The notes below the pieces were generated by a model. It was not told the DNA's origin. It did not search any database and worked only from the letters and a program-made list of their open reading frames with translations. 56,848 nucleotides of DNA from Candidatus Woesearchaeota archaeon (GTDB taxonomy: Archaea > Nanobdellota > Nanobdellia > SCGC-AAA011-G17 > GW2011-AR17), in NCBI GenBank assembly GCA_964621125.1, contig CAZUKZ010000002.1, forward strand, positions 1-56,848, written 5' to 3'. Positions 9,525 through 18,504 of this stretch are shown one piece after another (within the stretch, counting starts at the first letter, position 1; each line of letters begins with the position of its first letter). The position numbers and the translations under genes were made by a program.

Positions 9525-10252
9525 TTTTTATTTACAGCAAATATCATCTTCGGCGTTGTACTGTTCAGAATAGTTTGAGCATCCTCCAAGGTGAATAGCA
9601 TCTTGTCATCAACAACATCTACCACCACATCTATATTCTTCAGTTCTCCATGCCTTGCGATACATGAAACACAAAGCTCTTCTTTTGCTACCTCATCCAA
9701 AACTGAATTAGTAACTGAATATAAGCTATCCAAGTTCACTTTTACATCCTGTTTGAATACAGACAATGTCTCTTTAGTCTTTCCTAATTCCACAGTGATA
9801 GGCCAATCTGTTGTCAATGTTACTTGGCCCTTTGTTATCTTCGCCTGAGTTTTAGGTTTTGTCATTATCTTTGAACTTTGCATGCAAGTTCCAATCGACC
9901 TATCGATAAAAGTACTTAGCTCTTTCTCCAAATCTGATAGCCTATAAAATCTTTTTCTGTTGTTAGCATACAAATAATTGGTGTTGAACTTAGTATCTGA
10001 ATAACCTCGAGTAACCGCATTTTTCCCGCCTTGCTTCCCAATCGTAATTATCCCTTTTTCAACAGTCTGCTTAAGGCATCCTTTCACAAGGCCCTGCATC
10101 TTTTTGGCTTCTTTAGAAACAGCTATAGACTCCTGCTTTGCAGCGAAGCCAAACGCCTCACTTATCTCTTCTTTGAAATATAAAGTGAGAGCTAGAGCTG
10201 AAATAATTAATATACCCAAAATTATGAATAATGTAACCTGCCCTCTTTTCAT
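9521..10252 (-). CDS. class III signal peptide (type IV pilin-like) protein
   Basis: N-terminus MKRGQVTLFIILGILIISALALTLYF. Its stop overlaps the start of the giant ORF (9521-9524). Confidence 0.65.
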   Translation of the reverse strand: MKRGQVTLFIILGILIISALALTLYFKEEISEAFGFAAKQESIAVSKEAKKMQGLVKGCLKQTVEKGIITIGKQGGKNAVTRGYSDTKFNTNYLYANNRKRFYRLSDLEKELSTFIDRSIGTCMQSSKIMTKPKTQAKITKGQVTLTTDWPITVELGKTKETLSVFKQDVKVNLDSLYSVTNSVLDEVAKEELCVSCIARHGELKNIDVVVDVVDDKMLFTLEDAQTILNSTTPKMIFAVNKK

Positions 10253-10326
10253 GACTGATTAAAAGGATGGAATAACACCTTATAAAGCTTACCCCTAAGA
10301 ATTAATTTCCGCAAAAGCCGGACAAG

Positions 10327-10335
10327 GATATAAAT
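10327..10335 (+). promoter_or_regulatory. TATA-like box plus downstream Shine-Dalgarno-like aagggggtga
   Basis: atataaata at 10327-10335. A purine-rich SD-like run at 10361-10370 sits just before ATG 10374. Confidence 0.3.
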
Positions 10336-10373
10336 AGTAGTTCATACCAAAAAAAAACATAAAAGGGGGTGAA

Positions 10374-10676
10374 ATGATGAAAAAAATTACTACAGTAATT
10401 CTTGGTGTTGCTACTTTTACAGCTGGAACCTACTACTCAGATAATATCAAACAGATGAGATCAGTATTTCATGAACAACATGCTGAAGGGTTCCATCCAA
10501 GGCCTTATGACTTGAAGTTGGTCAGGAAAAAGGATAACGGAAAGATAGAGACCTATATACTAGATACCCAAACAAACAAGTATACCATGATAGGGCCAAA
10601 TCTTTCAATCAAAAGATCCAGGACAAATAGAATCAGAGCTTTCATAAAGATCTTCAAATTTATCAATGGATTCTAA
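10374..10676 (+). CDS. small membrane-anchored protein, paralog of 412..780
   Basis: N-terminal helix KKITTVILGVATFTAGTYY. Contains the RPYDLK..DNGKIETY motif shared with ORF 412..780. Confidence 0.55.
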   Translation: MMKKITTVILGVATFTAGTYYSDNIKQMRSVFHEQHAEGFHPRPYDLKLVRKKDNGKIETYILDTQTNKYTMIGPNLSIKRSRTNRIRAFIKIFKFINGF

Positions 10677-11203
10677 GATGACAAAGTCTTCAGAGCAAAA
10701 TTGAGCCATGAACAGAAGAAATCTACACCGAGCAGACTAAGGGCTACTACCACTACAATAGGAACCAAACACACAATGTTAGATACATTCTTGTCTTTGA
10801 ACAAATAGGATATCACTAAACTTAATGGTAAAGGTAAAGGTACTAAACCCCACAAAGCACCAAGCACAATGTAGAATGGGGTGGCCATAATTTTTAATAC
10901 CAGATTTGCAGGAGAAGTTAATACCATCAACCCCCATAACAGCCCAAGTATAGATGACAATGTCGCAGCAGCTAACAAACCACCTAACACGCTCAACACC
11001 CCTCCACTAAATATCTGTAATCCAGATAGTAAGTCTTCAAGAATATTTACAAATGACCCAAGCGCACCAACCAAAAACTTGCTCTTATAGAAGACAAAAC
11101 CTATAACGAGTATACTTATTGCCCAGAACCAGTTCTCAATGGCTAGCTTTATGACTACAAAGAATAATCTTACAAAAGCCTCTACGCAAATAGGTAATGC
11201 CAT
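10673..11203 (-). CDS. polytopic membrane protein, unknown function
   Basis: Four to five hydrophobic helices rich in G, L and V. No motif recognised. Confidence 0.55.
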   Translation of the reverse strand: MALPICVEAFVRLFFVVIKLAIENWFWAISILVIGFVFYKSKFLVGALGSFVNILEDLLSGLQIFSGGVLSVLGGLLAAATLSSILGLLWGLMVLTSPANLVLKIMATPFYIVLGALWGLVPLPLPLSLVISYLFKDKNVSNIVCLVPIVVVVALSLLGVDFFCSWLNFALKTLSS

Positions 11204-11267
11204 ATATAATAAAACAGAAAGTTTTAATATTAATAAAATTATTGTTTAATCTGTAAAAGAGGTTATC

Positions 11268-12488
11268 ATGGCTAAGAATGAACAAGTTGTTATAGTTAAA
11301 AAGCATGAGAAAGAATATAAGGGTTTTGATATAAGAAGATTAATCCCAAAAGATTTCGTAATCCTATCAAACATCTTAGGACTAATATTCATCATACTTA
11401 TTATAGTCCTTGGTATCTATGCCTACGGATGGTCACAATCTTCCGATGGACAAACTACAATCGGTAAGGCTATTAATTTGGTATCGTCTGCAAAAACTTA
11501 TATCAACCCCTCCTATTGGGGTGCAAGGATACAAAAAATTGGAAATGTCTGGCAGACAGACACTGACACTAAAAGTACAAAGAAAGGCGTGATATTCAAT
11601 AGCTTTTCAGCTTCTGTCGATAATGTCGTCCAAGGATCTATGATACAAGTGCCGTTTGGCCTTGAACTTAAAAATGTAGATGTATCTGTCCTACCTATAA
11701 ACCTATCATGCTCCCTCAAAGATAAAGACAAGAAGACAATACATGGCACAATCATCCCGAAAAATCCATTAGTTGCCTATGGAGGAGCAATCGATCAGAG
11801 TGCTTATTGCAGAATTGAAGGCAAACATACAAAAGGTTTGAAAGGGAAAGTAGAGATTGAAGGGAGAGTCGGATTCCCTTTTGAGACAAAAGGTGCCACG
11901 CTTAAAGTTTATTTCACAACACAAAAAGTGAAAGACTTGCTTGACCCTTACAAGAAGATGAAACCTGATGAGTTTTCTTCACATTTTTTCAAGTATTATA
12001 AGATTCAAGAGAAACAACCAATCTCTGTGAAATATAAAGGAGAGCCTGTGGCAGTCGGAATGGCGGCCAGGTATAGTCAAAGGCAACCAGTAATACTCAG
12101 CCAAACAGAAAATCCGATAATAGGAATTTCTATTGATAACAAATGGGATGGTAATATGACCCAAGTAAATAATTTCATCCTATACCTCCCTAAAGGAGTC
12201 ACCATAAACCAAAAGATATCAAAAAATCCAAATATGGATTGCCCTTTCATCGAAAGGAGAAGTGGAAGCAAGTATGTTGAATACATCGTAGATTCAAAAA
12301 TCAAAGACCAAATAACATTAGGTATAGCAAAATCAATGGCTTTCACATGCTGGTTGAATGTAGAAGATGGGTTTGTCGGAACTGGAAATTACTTAACCCA
12401 AAATTACAAAGTTGACTTTTCATACTACTATGATATTGAACCTCAAAAAGCGGTACTGACTGTCAAAGAAGTAGGAGCAAAAAAATGA
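11268..12488 (+). CDS. membrane-anchored secreted protein, member 1 of a tandem paralog trio
   Basis: N-terminal TM helix ILSNILGLIFIILIIVLGIYAYGW. Four Cys outside the anchor. C-terminal pattern KVDFSYYYDIEPQKAVLTVKE is shared with the next two ORFs. Confidence 0.6.
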   Translation: MAKNEQVVIVKKHEKEYKGFDIRRLIPKDFVILSNILGLIFIILIIVLGIYAYGWSQSSDGQTTIGKAINLVSSAKTYINPSYWGARIQKIGNVWQTDTDTKSTKKGVIFNSFSASVDNVVQGSMIQVPFGLELKNVDVSVLPINLSCSLKDKDKKTIHGTIIPKNPLVAYGGAIDQSAYCRIEGKHTKGLKGKVEIEGRVGFPFETKGATLKVYFTTQKVKDLLDPYKKMKPDEFSSHFFKYYKIQEKQPISVKYKGEPVAVGMAARYSQRQPVILSQTENPIIGISIDNKWDGNMTQVNNFILYLPKGVTINQKISKNPNMDCPFIERRSGSKYVEYIVDSKIKDQITLGIAKSMAFTCWLNVEDGFVGTGNYLTQNYKVDFSYYYDIEPQKAVLTVKEVGAKK

Positions 12489-13438
12489 AAAAAATCGCTG
12501 TATTATTAATACTTCTAGTTTTTATCAGTGGATGTACATGGATCTATAAGCTCCCATTTATGCCTTCACCAGCACAAAGAGGCATTAGCATCAACTATGG
12601 TAGTTCGAACGCAGTAGATACTACAATAGCATATCCTAAATCATCCGGAATTGTATATGAGGAATATAAAAAATTATCTCCAGTGATAAGAGTTACTAAT
12701 TCAGGAGATTATAAAAAACCAAAAGGTTCTATTTGTGTTTCAGGCCTAGATAAGAGTATCTTTGGAGGGTTCTCTGGTTGTGACTGTCAAATATTCCCTC
12801 AAAAGACATATGAAGATGTTGTGTTCAAATCAGAAGACATAACATTTCCTAGCTATACTATAACCTTAGATAAAGATCAGAAAGAGGCAGATTTCACCAT
12901 AACTGCAATCACAAGATTCAATTACCAAACAAAAGGTAAAGTTAAACTGTGCCTGAAAAAAGATATATATGGATCTTCTGGGTGCACGATTGAAGTGGGA
13001 AGCAGCAAAGGGGTAGAAAAGCTCATGTCAACCACAAGCGGACCATTAAAAATAAAATCAGTTAAACAATCACTTAATCCAGAACCAGGAAACACATTCT
13101 CTATTATACTTACCATCGTTATAGAGCAACAATCTAAAGGAAGAATAATCGATAAGGAAAACATCAATGACCTCTGCGTACCACAGACAAAACCCAAAAG
13201 TCTAATATACGCCAGGGTTAAAAATATGCCATTAGTAAGTATGGTTTGTAATCCACAGAAGCTTGACAGCACCAATCAAGTGACCATCATCTGTAGGGGA
13301 TCGGGGTTGAGCCTGTTTGATGGTTCAGGCCAATATCTTTTACCAAATGAAAATTATCAGCCTAATGTAGAGGTCGAACTTAATTATGCATTTGAGACTG
13401 TTGACTCAAATATATTTAAAGTGAAGAAAACCATCTAA
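12485..13438 (+). CDS. putative lipoprotein, member 2 of tandem paralog trio
   Basis: ATGA overlap with the upstream gene. Lipobox-like LLVFISGC. Eight further Cys. C-terminal VELNYAFETVDSNIFKVKK. Confidence 0.6.
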   Translation: MKKIAVLLILLVFISGCTWIYKLPFMPSPAQRGISINYGSSNAVDTTIAYPKSSGIVYEEYKKLSPVIRVTNSGDYKKPKGSICVSGLDKSIFGGFSGCDCQIFPQKTYEDVVFKSEDITFPSYTITLDKDQKEADFTITAITRFNYQTKGKVKLCLKKDIYGSSGCTIEVGSSKGVEKLMSTTSGPLKIKSVKQSLNPEPGNTFSIILTIVIEQQSKGRIIDKENINDLCVPQTKPKSLIYARVKNMPLVSMVCNPQKLDSTNQVTIICRGSGLSLFDGSGQYLLPNENYQPNVEVELNYAFETVDSNIFKVKKTI

Positions 13439-13481
13439 CGAAAGAATTATAAAGATGTATAATAGAATAAATAGTAACTTA

Positions 13482-13489
13482 AAGGAGGT
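13482..13489 (+). promoter_or_regulatory. Shine-Dalgarno sequence
   Basis: AAGGAGGT lies 7 nt before ATG 13497. Confidence 0.6.
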
Positions 13490-13496
13490 CATATTT

Positions 13497-14408
13497 ATGA
13501 GATTAGGTCTAAAATCATTCATCTTACTACTAATTGTCCTGTTCATTGCTGGTTGCGGAACACAAACTACAACACCTACAGGATACTATAAGTATACAGG
13601 GAGCCAAGCTGTTGGAGCTAGCTTTGCAAAAGATGCGCCAACTTCATCTTCTGTAGATACATATTCAAAAAATGAAAATATCCCAATAACAGTCGAGTTG
13701 ACAAATAGGCTGACAGAAGACATATCTGCCGGGAAAGTCAAAATAAGGCTAACTGGAGATGCTGCTATATCCAATTTTTTTACAGGAGCAAAAGAAGTAT
13801 CAGCGACTAAGTTAGATGCAATCGATACCACAACAGGTGGAACAACAACTGAAGAGATAGATCTAGGGCCAGTGAAGTACGTAGGTGACCTTTCGGCTAA
13901 AATATCTAAAGTTATTACGGGAAAATATTGCTATGAAGTGCCTGTGAAAGCTAAGGCTAATCTCTTTTATACAGATATAGTGAAAAATGTAGGGACAAAC
14001 CTTCCAAAAGGATCGAACCCACCATCCAGGGTACAAGTCACCAAGCTTACGCAAGGAGTTGTCAAAGTTGACAAAGCAACAAACAAGGGTTCATTAAAGT
14101 TCAAGATTACAGTAGAGGACAAGGGTAGCGGACTTATCATAAACGGTATGTCGGAATGCTTTAAGTATCACGGCAAAAGACCACGAGAAACATTACAGGT
14201 CACTGTCAAAGGAGCTTATCCTATAACTTGTGAAAGGCAAGGCCAAGCAACTCTATCTACAGATACAGGAAAGAAGGAAATTGACTGTACAGTATCCAAT
14301 ATTGATGTTGCCAATCTAGGCAAGCAAGCCAGTGAATTATCAATAACCTTAAGCAATTTTGCTTATGAGGAATCATTGCAGCCTGTAACTATCTATCTAG
14401 AACCGTAA
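13497..14408 (+). CDS. putative lipoprotein, member 3 of tandem paralog trio
   Basis: I prefer the start at 13497 because of the strong SD; the ORF is open from 13455. Lipobox-like VLFIAGC. Four further Cys. C-terminal ITLSNFAYEESLQPVTIYLE. Confidence 0.6.
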   Translation: MRLGLKSFILLLIVLFIAGCGTQTTTPTGYYKYTGSQAVGASFAKDAPTSSSVDTYSKNENIPITVELTNRLTEDISAGKVKIRLTGDAAISNFFTGAKEVSATKLDAIDTTTGGTTTEEIDLGPVKYVGDLSAKISKVITGKYCYEVPVKAKANLFYTDIVKNVGTNLPKGSNPPSRVQVTKLTQGVVKVDKATNKGSLKFKITVEDKGSGLIINGMSECFKYHGKRPRETLQVTVKGAYPITCERQGQATLSTDTGKKEIDCTVSNIDVANLGKQASELSITLSNFAYEESLQPVTIYLEP

Positions 14409-14442
14409 TCTTTTTAACTTACTTCTTTTTATCTTATTTTTT

Positions 14443-15504
14443 ATGGTAAGAGTAGCTGTATTAAAAACTAGGCCAGATTGTATCTTGAGAGATTATTCTA
14501 AACTGATGAATCTGGCAGACTATAAAAAATTTCTTCCTCAATCTCAAGAATTGATACTTAAACTAAACCTTTCTTGGAGCTTATATTATCCAGCCTGTTC
14601 AACAGAACCTTGGCAATTAGAAGGAGTTGTTAAAGAACTTAAGGAAAAGGGCTACCATATTCACCCGGTCGAAAATAAGACGGTTGTTACTGATGTATGG
14701 AAAGGAGCTAAGGGAAACAAATGGCTACCAATTTTAAAAAAATATGAATTAGAATATGAACCTCTGACGGAGGTAGAATGGATAGATTATAAACCTAAAG
14801 CAGAAATGAAGGCCCTAGATAAAATTTATCCTGATGGCCATAAAATTCCTCAAATGTTTATTGGAAAAAATATATGCCATCTGCCTACAGTTAAGTGTCA
14901 TGGGCACACAACTATGACTGGTGCTTTAAAAAATGCTTTTGGCGGGCTCATAACCGAACGTAGGCACCATTGTCATAAAAAAATTCATGAAGTATTAGTT
15001 GATTTATTGTCTATCCAAAAGGAGATACATCCAGGAATGTTTGCAGTAATGGATGGTACTGTCTGTGGAAATGGGAATGGCCCTAGAACAATGATTCCTA
15101 AAATCAAGAACTATATTCTGGCTTCGGGTGATCAAGTTGCGATAGATGCTATTGCTGCAAGGATGATGGGCTTTGATCCTATGAAAATACCTTTTATTAA
15201 GATTGCACATGATCAAGGACTAGGCTGTGGAGATGTTGATCAGATTGAAGTTGTGGGGGACGATATTTCTCATGTTAATTTTAATTTCAGTACAGGAAAA
15301 AGCCCAGTAATATTCTTTGATCAAGTTTTTAGAAAAGGACTATTAAGTTTTGTTGAACCTTTATTATTCCATACAGGCTTGTTCAAGGGTTGTGTTTTTG
15401 GTTCTGCTTTCTATCATGACTATCTTTGGCATAATACTATTGGAAGAGGGAGAATTAGAGAATTTATGAAATCTCCTTGGGGAAAACTATTTAAAAGGTA
15501 CTAG
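14443..15504 (+). CDS. DUF362 domain protein
   Basis: LKLNLSW, HGHTTMTGALKNAFGG and VMDGTVCGNGNGP follow the DUF362 pattern. Paralog of 21947..23008. Confidence 0.6.
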   Translation: MVRVAVLKTRPDCILRDYSKLMNLADYKKFLPQSQELILKLNLSWSLYYPACSTEPWQLEGVVKELKEKGYHIHPVENKTVVTDVWKGAKGNKWLPILKKYELEYEPLTEVEWIDYKPKAEMKALDKIYPDGHKIPQMFIGKNICHLPTVKCHGHTTMTGALKNAFGGLITERRHHCHKKIHEVLVDLLSIQKEIHPGMFAVMDGTVCGNGNGPRTMIPKIKNYILASGDQVAIDAIAARMMGFDPMKIPFIKIAHDQGLGCGDVDQIEVVGDDISHVNFNFSTGKSPVIFFDQVFRKGLLSFVEPLLFHTGLFKGCVFGSAFYHDYLWHNTIGRGRIREFMKSPWGKLFKRY

Positions 15505-15533
15505 TTTTGAGCAATAAAAGCAAAACTTTTTTT
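15504..15533 (+). terminator. weak hairpin plus T-run after the DUF362 gene
   Basis: gttttg-N11-caaaac followed by ttttttt, overlapping the TAG stop at 15502-15504. The AT-rich stem is weak. Confidence 0.3.
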
Positions 15534-15558
15534 AACCATTCCAGGTAATTAATAAAAT

Positions 15559-16344
15559 ATGTCAAGCAATATCTCTTTGAATAAATTATTAATAGAGAAA
15601 AAATTGTTTTTAACATTAAAGGAAGCAGAGTTAGCCATACGTTTAGGCTATGTCCAAGTCAATGGTATAAAAATAATTAAACCTTCAACCCTAGTTAAAA
15701 TCAGTTCTAAAATATCCTTAAAAAACATTTGTCCTTATGTGTCAAGAGGAGGGCTCAAACTTGAAAAAGCTATAAAAGATTTTAAGATTAACGTTGTAGG
15801 AAAAACCTGTCTTGATATAGGGGCATCCAAAGGAGGATTTACAGATTGTTTATTACAAAATGGAGCAAAGCAAGTTTATGCACTAGAAAAAGGGAGGAAC
15901 CTCTTAGGATTGAGACTTCAGTCAAATAAGAAGGTGAAAGATATGGGGGGAACGGACTACAAAGTTATAAAAGACTTAGACCTGCCTCCCTTCGACATAA
16001 TAGTAGTAGATGTCAGTTTTGCATCTTTAGAACATATCATCCCACTCTTAAAACCCTTCTCCAAGAAAACAACAAAACTTATCACACTAATCAAACCAAG
16101 GTATGAGACTAACAACCCAGACATTATAAACAATACTCAATTCTATAAAGATATCATTGAAAAATTACTTAGTTCTCAAAGCCTAAATAATTGGCATATG
16201 ACTAACATCACAAACTCACCAATACTAGGAAAGAGAAGGAAAGCTCTAGAATTTCTGGCCCTATTTGAAAGGTCCAAGGCCCTAGGCCTTAGGAATAAAA
16301 TCGAGGTTGCTATCCAAAAAGCATTAGATTTGAAAAACAAATAA
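15559..16344 (+). CDS. tlyA: TlyA-family rRNA 2'-O-methyltransferase (S4 + FtsJ-like domains)
   Basis: S4-like LNKLLIEKKLFLTLKEAELAIRLGYVQVNG. SAM motif CLDIGASKGGFTDCLLQNGAKQVYALE. Also VVDVSFASL. Confidence 0.75.
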   Translation: MSSNISLNKLLIEKKLFLTLKEAELAIRLGYVQVNGIKIIKPSTLVKISSKISLKNICPYVSRGGLKLEKAIKDFKINVVGKTCLDIGASKGGFTDCLLQNGAKQVYALEKGRNLLGLRLQSNKKVKDMGGTDYKVIKDLDLPPFDIIVVDVSFASLEHIIPLLKPFSKKTTKLITLIKPRYETNNPDIINNTQFYKDIIEKLLSSQSLNNWHMTNITNSPILGKRRKALEFLALFERSKALGLRNKIEVAIQKALDLKNK

Positions 16345-16409
16345 ACTCCGTTAGGAGGCTCAAATATACAGAAAATATAAAAACATCATTCAAATCCCTT
16401 TATTTTAAG

Positions 16410-17036
16410 ATGTTAAGGATAGATTTCCATGTACATACAAAACACTCAAGGGATTGCCTTACACCATTGAAGGTACTGAAAAAAATCTGTGTCAAGAAAA
16501 GAATATTCCCCTGCATAACAGACCACAATACTATAAAAGGAGCATTGCAGTATAAAAGAACTTACGGCTCTTGCATTGTAGGAGAAGAGATTAATACTCA
16601 AGGCGGAGAATTGATTGGATTATTCCTGAATGAAGAGATCCCTGCAGGGCTGAGTGTCATCGAAACTATCGAAAGAATCAAAGCACAGGATGGATTAGTG
16701 TATGTCCCACACCCTTTCGATTTCTTTAGAAAAGAATCTATAAGGAGATTGAATTTTCCACATGATATAGTAGAGGTGTTTAATTCAAGGGTGCTTGTAC
16801 AAAGATTCAACCGTTTTGCCTATCAAGAGGCCTGGAGGAATGGGACGGCGATGGCTGTTGGGTCTGATGCACACACTGCTAAAGAAGTTGGTAATGCTTA
16901 TGTAATTATGGAATCATTTTCTGGAAAGAAAGATTTACTTAAGAACTTAAAAAAATCAGATTTCCGAGGAATAAAAAGCCATGTGTATAACCATGCATTT
17001 ACTGCCTTTGCAAAGGCGTCAAAGAAGTTTTTCTGA
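16410..17036 (+). CDS. PHP-domain metal-dependent phosphoesterase
   Basis: IDFHVHTKHSRDC, VPHPFD and GSDAHT motifs. Confidence 0.7.
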   Translation: MLRIDFHVHTKHSRDCLTPLKVLKKICVKKRIFPCITDHNTIKGALQYKRTYGSCIVGEEINTQGGELIGLFLNEEIPAGLSVIETIERIKAQDGLVYVPHPFDFFRKESIRRLNFPHDIVEVFNSRVLVQRFNRFAYQEAWRNGTAMAVGSDAHTAKEVGNAYVIMESFSGKKDLLKNLKKSDFRGIKSHVYNHAFTAFAKASKKFF

Positions 17037-17038
17037 GT

Positions 17039-18487
17039 TTATTTATCAAACATACTCTTTGCCAGAGCTAATGCTCCTAACAGATATGTTTTAGTTCTAT
17101 CCCATGACCTTAAATACTTGAGTTGTCTTAAAACAAATTGTGGTCTAAAATAAAAATCTCGCATTGCTTTTTTCTGTAAAATTTTAAGCTCTTTGGAATC
17201 CCTTCCCTTAGGAGTATAAACTAATTCTTTATTTGCCCAACCCGCCCATGTTTGGTAATCCTCCCATTTGAATGATTTTAATGTACCATCTTTCTTTGCT
17301 ATGTCATATAACTTTGTGCCAGGGTAGGGAGTTGTTATTGTAACCTGTATCCAATCAGGATCAAGTTCTTTTGTGAAATCTATTGTTCCTTGAGTCTCTT
17401 CTTCTGTCTCTGTAGGTAATCCTATCATGAAAAATGCTTTAACTTCTATTCCTACAGTCTTAGTCCATTTTACTGCATTGCGAACTTCTGATAAAATTAT
17501 CCCTTTGCCAATTAAGTCAAGCAATCTCTGTGACCCAGACTCTACACCATAGTGTATACTCCAACAACCAGCTTTTTTCATAAGTTTGAGAAGCTTCAAG
17601 TCTACAAGATTGACCCTTGTCATACAAGTCCACCTTATTTTATTATGAATACCTTCATCTATAATCCTTTTGCATAGTTTCCTAACATGCCCTTTGTTTA
17701 TTGTAAAGGTATCATCTCTAAATATTATCTCTTTGGCATTATAATCATTAATCAAGATATTTATTTCTTTCATAATTCGACCAATAGAATGAAATCTATA
17801 TGTCTGTCCAAATACCTTGGAACAATATGAACATTGAAACGGGCAACCCCTTGAAGTAAGTACTATATGGCTTGGCAGTTGAAGATAATAAGTAGGTGCT
17901 GGCCTATACTTGTCCATGGGGAGCAAGTCTCTTGCAGGAAGAGGAATTTGGTCTAAATCCTTAATAAAGTGGCGTGGAGGATTAATTAAAATCTTATCGT
18001 TTAGCCTATAAATTAATCCTAAAATATTTCCTAGACTTTTCTTATTATCTAAAGCATCAAGAAGTTCGACAAAGGTGTGTTCACCCTCTCCAACTACTGC
18101 ATAATCCACGTCCTGATTTTCCTCAAGTGTTTGTTTGGGAAATATGGTCACATGGGGACCACCGACAACAATTTGTGCTTTAGGAAGAGTTTTTCTAATT
18201 AAAGATATTGTTTCTTTTGCACGAAGGTACATAGGTGTGAGGATGGTAACCCCCACTACATCAGGTTTTTCTTTTATTAGATAATCCTTTACTTCGTTAA
18301 TACCATAATTTTCTACAGCCGCATCTAGAATGGTAATCTTATCATTTTTTCTTTTTTCTCTTATAGCAGCAGCGATATAAGCTGGGCCTAATGGTTCTGT
18401 GGTTGGCCCTACTTTACCTAAAGCTTTCCCATACCTTTCAGCTGTTGATAAACACGGGATAATAAAGGAAATTCTCATCTTGCTCAC
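17039..18487 (-). CDS. B12-binding-domain radical SAM protein (class B), intein-free paralog of 32477..35336
   Basis: N-terminal cobalamin-binding-like fold (VVGVTILTPMY...VVGGPHVT). Radical SAM motif SRGCPFQCSYCS. Also YGVESGSQRLL. Confidence 0.8.
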   Translation of the reverse strand: MSKMRISFIIPCLSTAERYGKALGKVGPTTEPLGPAYIAAAIREKRKNDKITILDAAVENYGINEVKDYLIKEKPDVVGVTILTPMYLRAKETISLIRKTLPKAQIVVGGPHVTIFPKQTLEENQDVDYAVVGEGEHTFVELLDALDNKKSLGNILGLIYRLNDKILINPPRHFIKDLDQIPLPARDLLPMDKYRPAPTYYLQLPSHIVLTSRGCPFQCSYCSKVFGQTYRFHSIGRIMKEINILINDYNAKEIIFRDDTFTINKGHVRKLCKRIIDEGIHNKIRWTCMTRVNLVDLKLLKLMKKAGCWSIHYGVESGSQRLLDLIGKGIILSEVRNAVKWTKTVGIEVKAFFMIGLPTETEEETQGTIDFTKELDPDWIQVTITTPYPGTKLYDIAKKDGTLKSFKWEDYQTWAGWANKELVYTPKGRDSKELKILQKKAMRDFYFRPQFVLRQLKYLRSWDRTKTYLLGALALAKSMFDK

Positions 18488-18504
18488 TAAATTATTAAGA
18501 CTAT

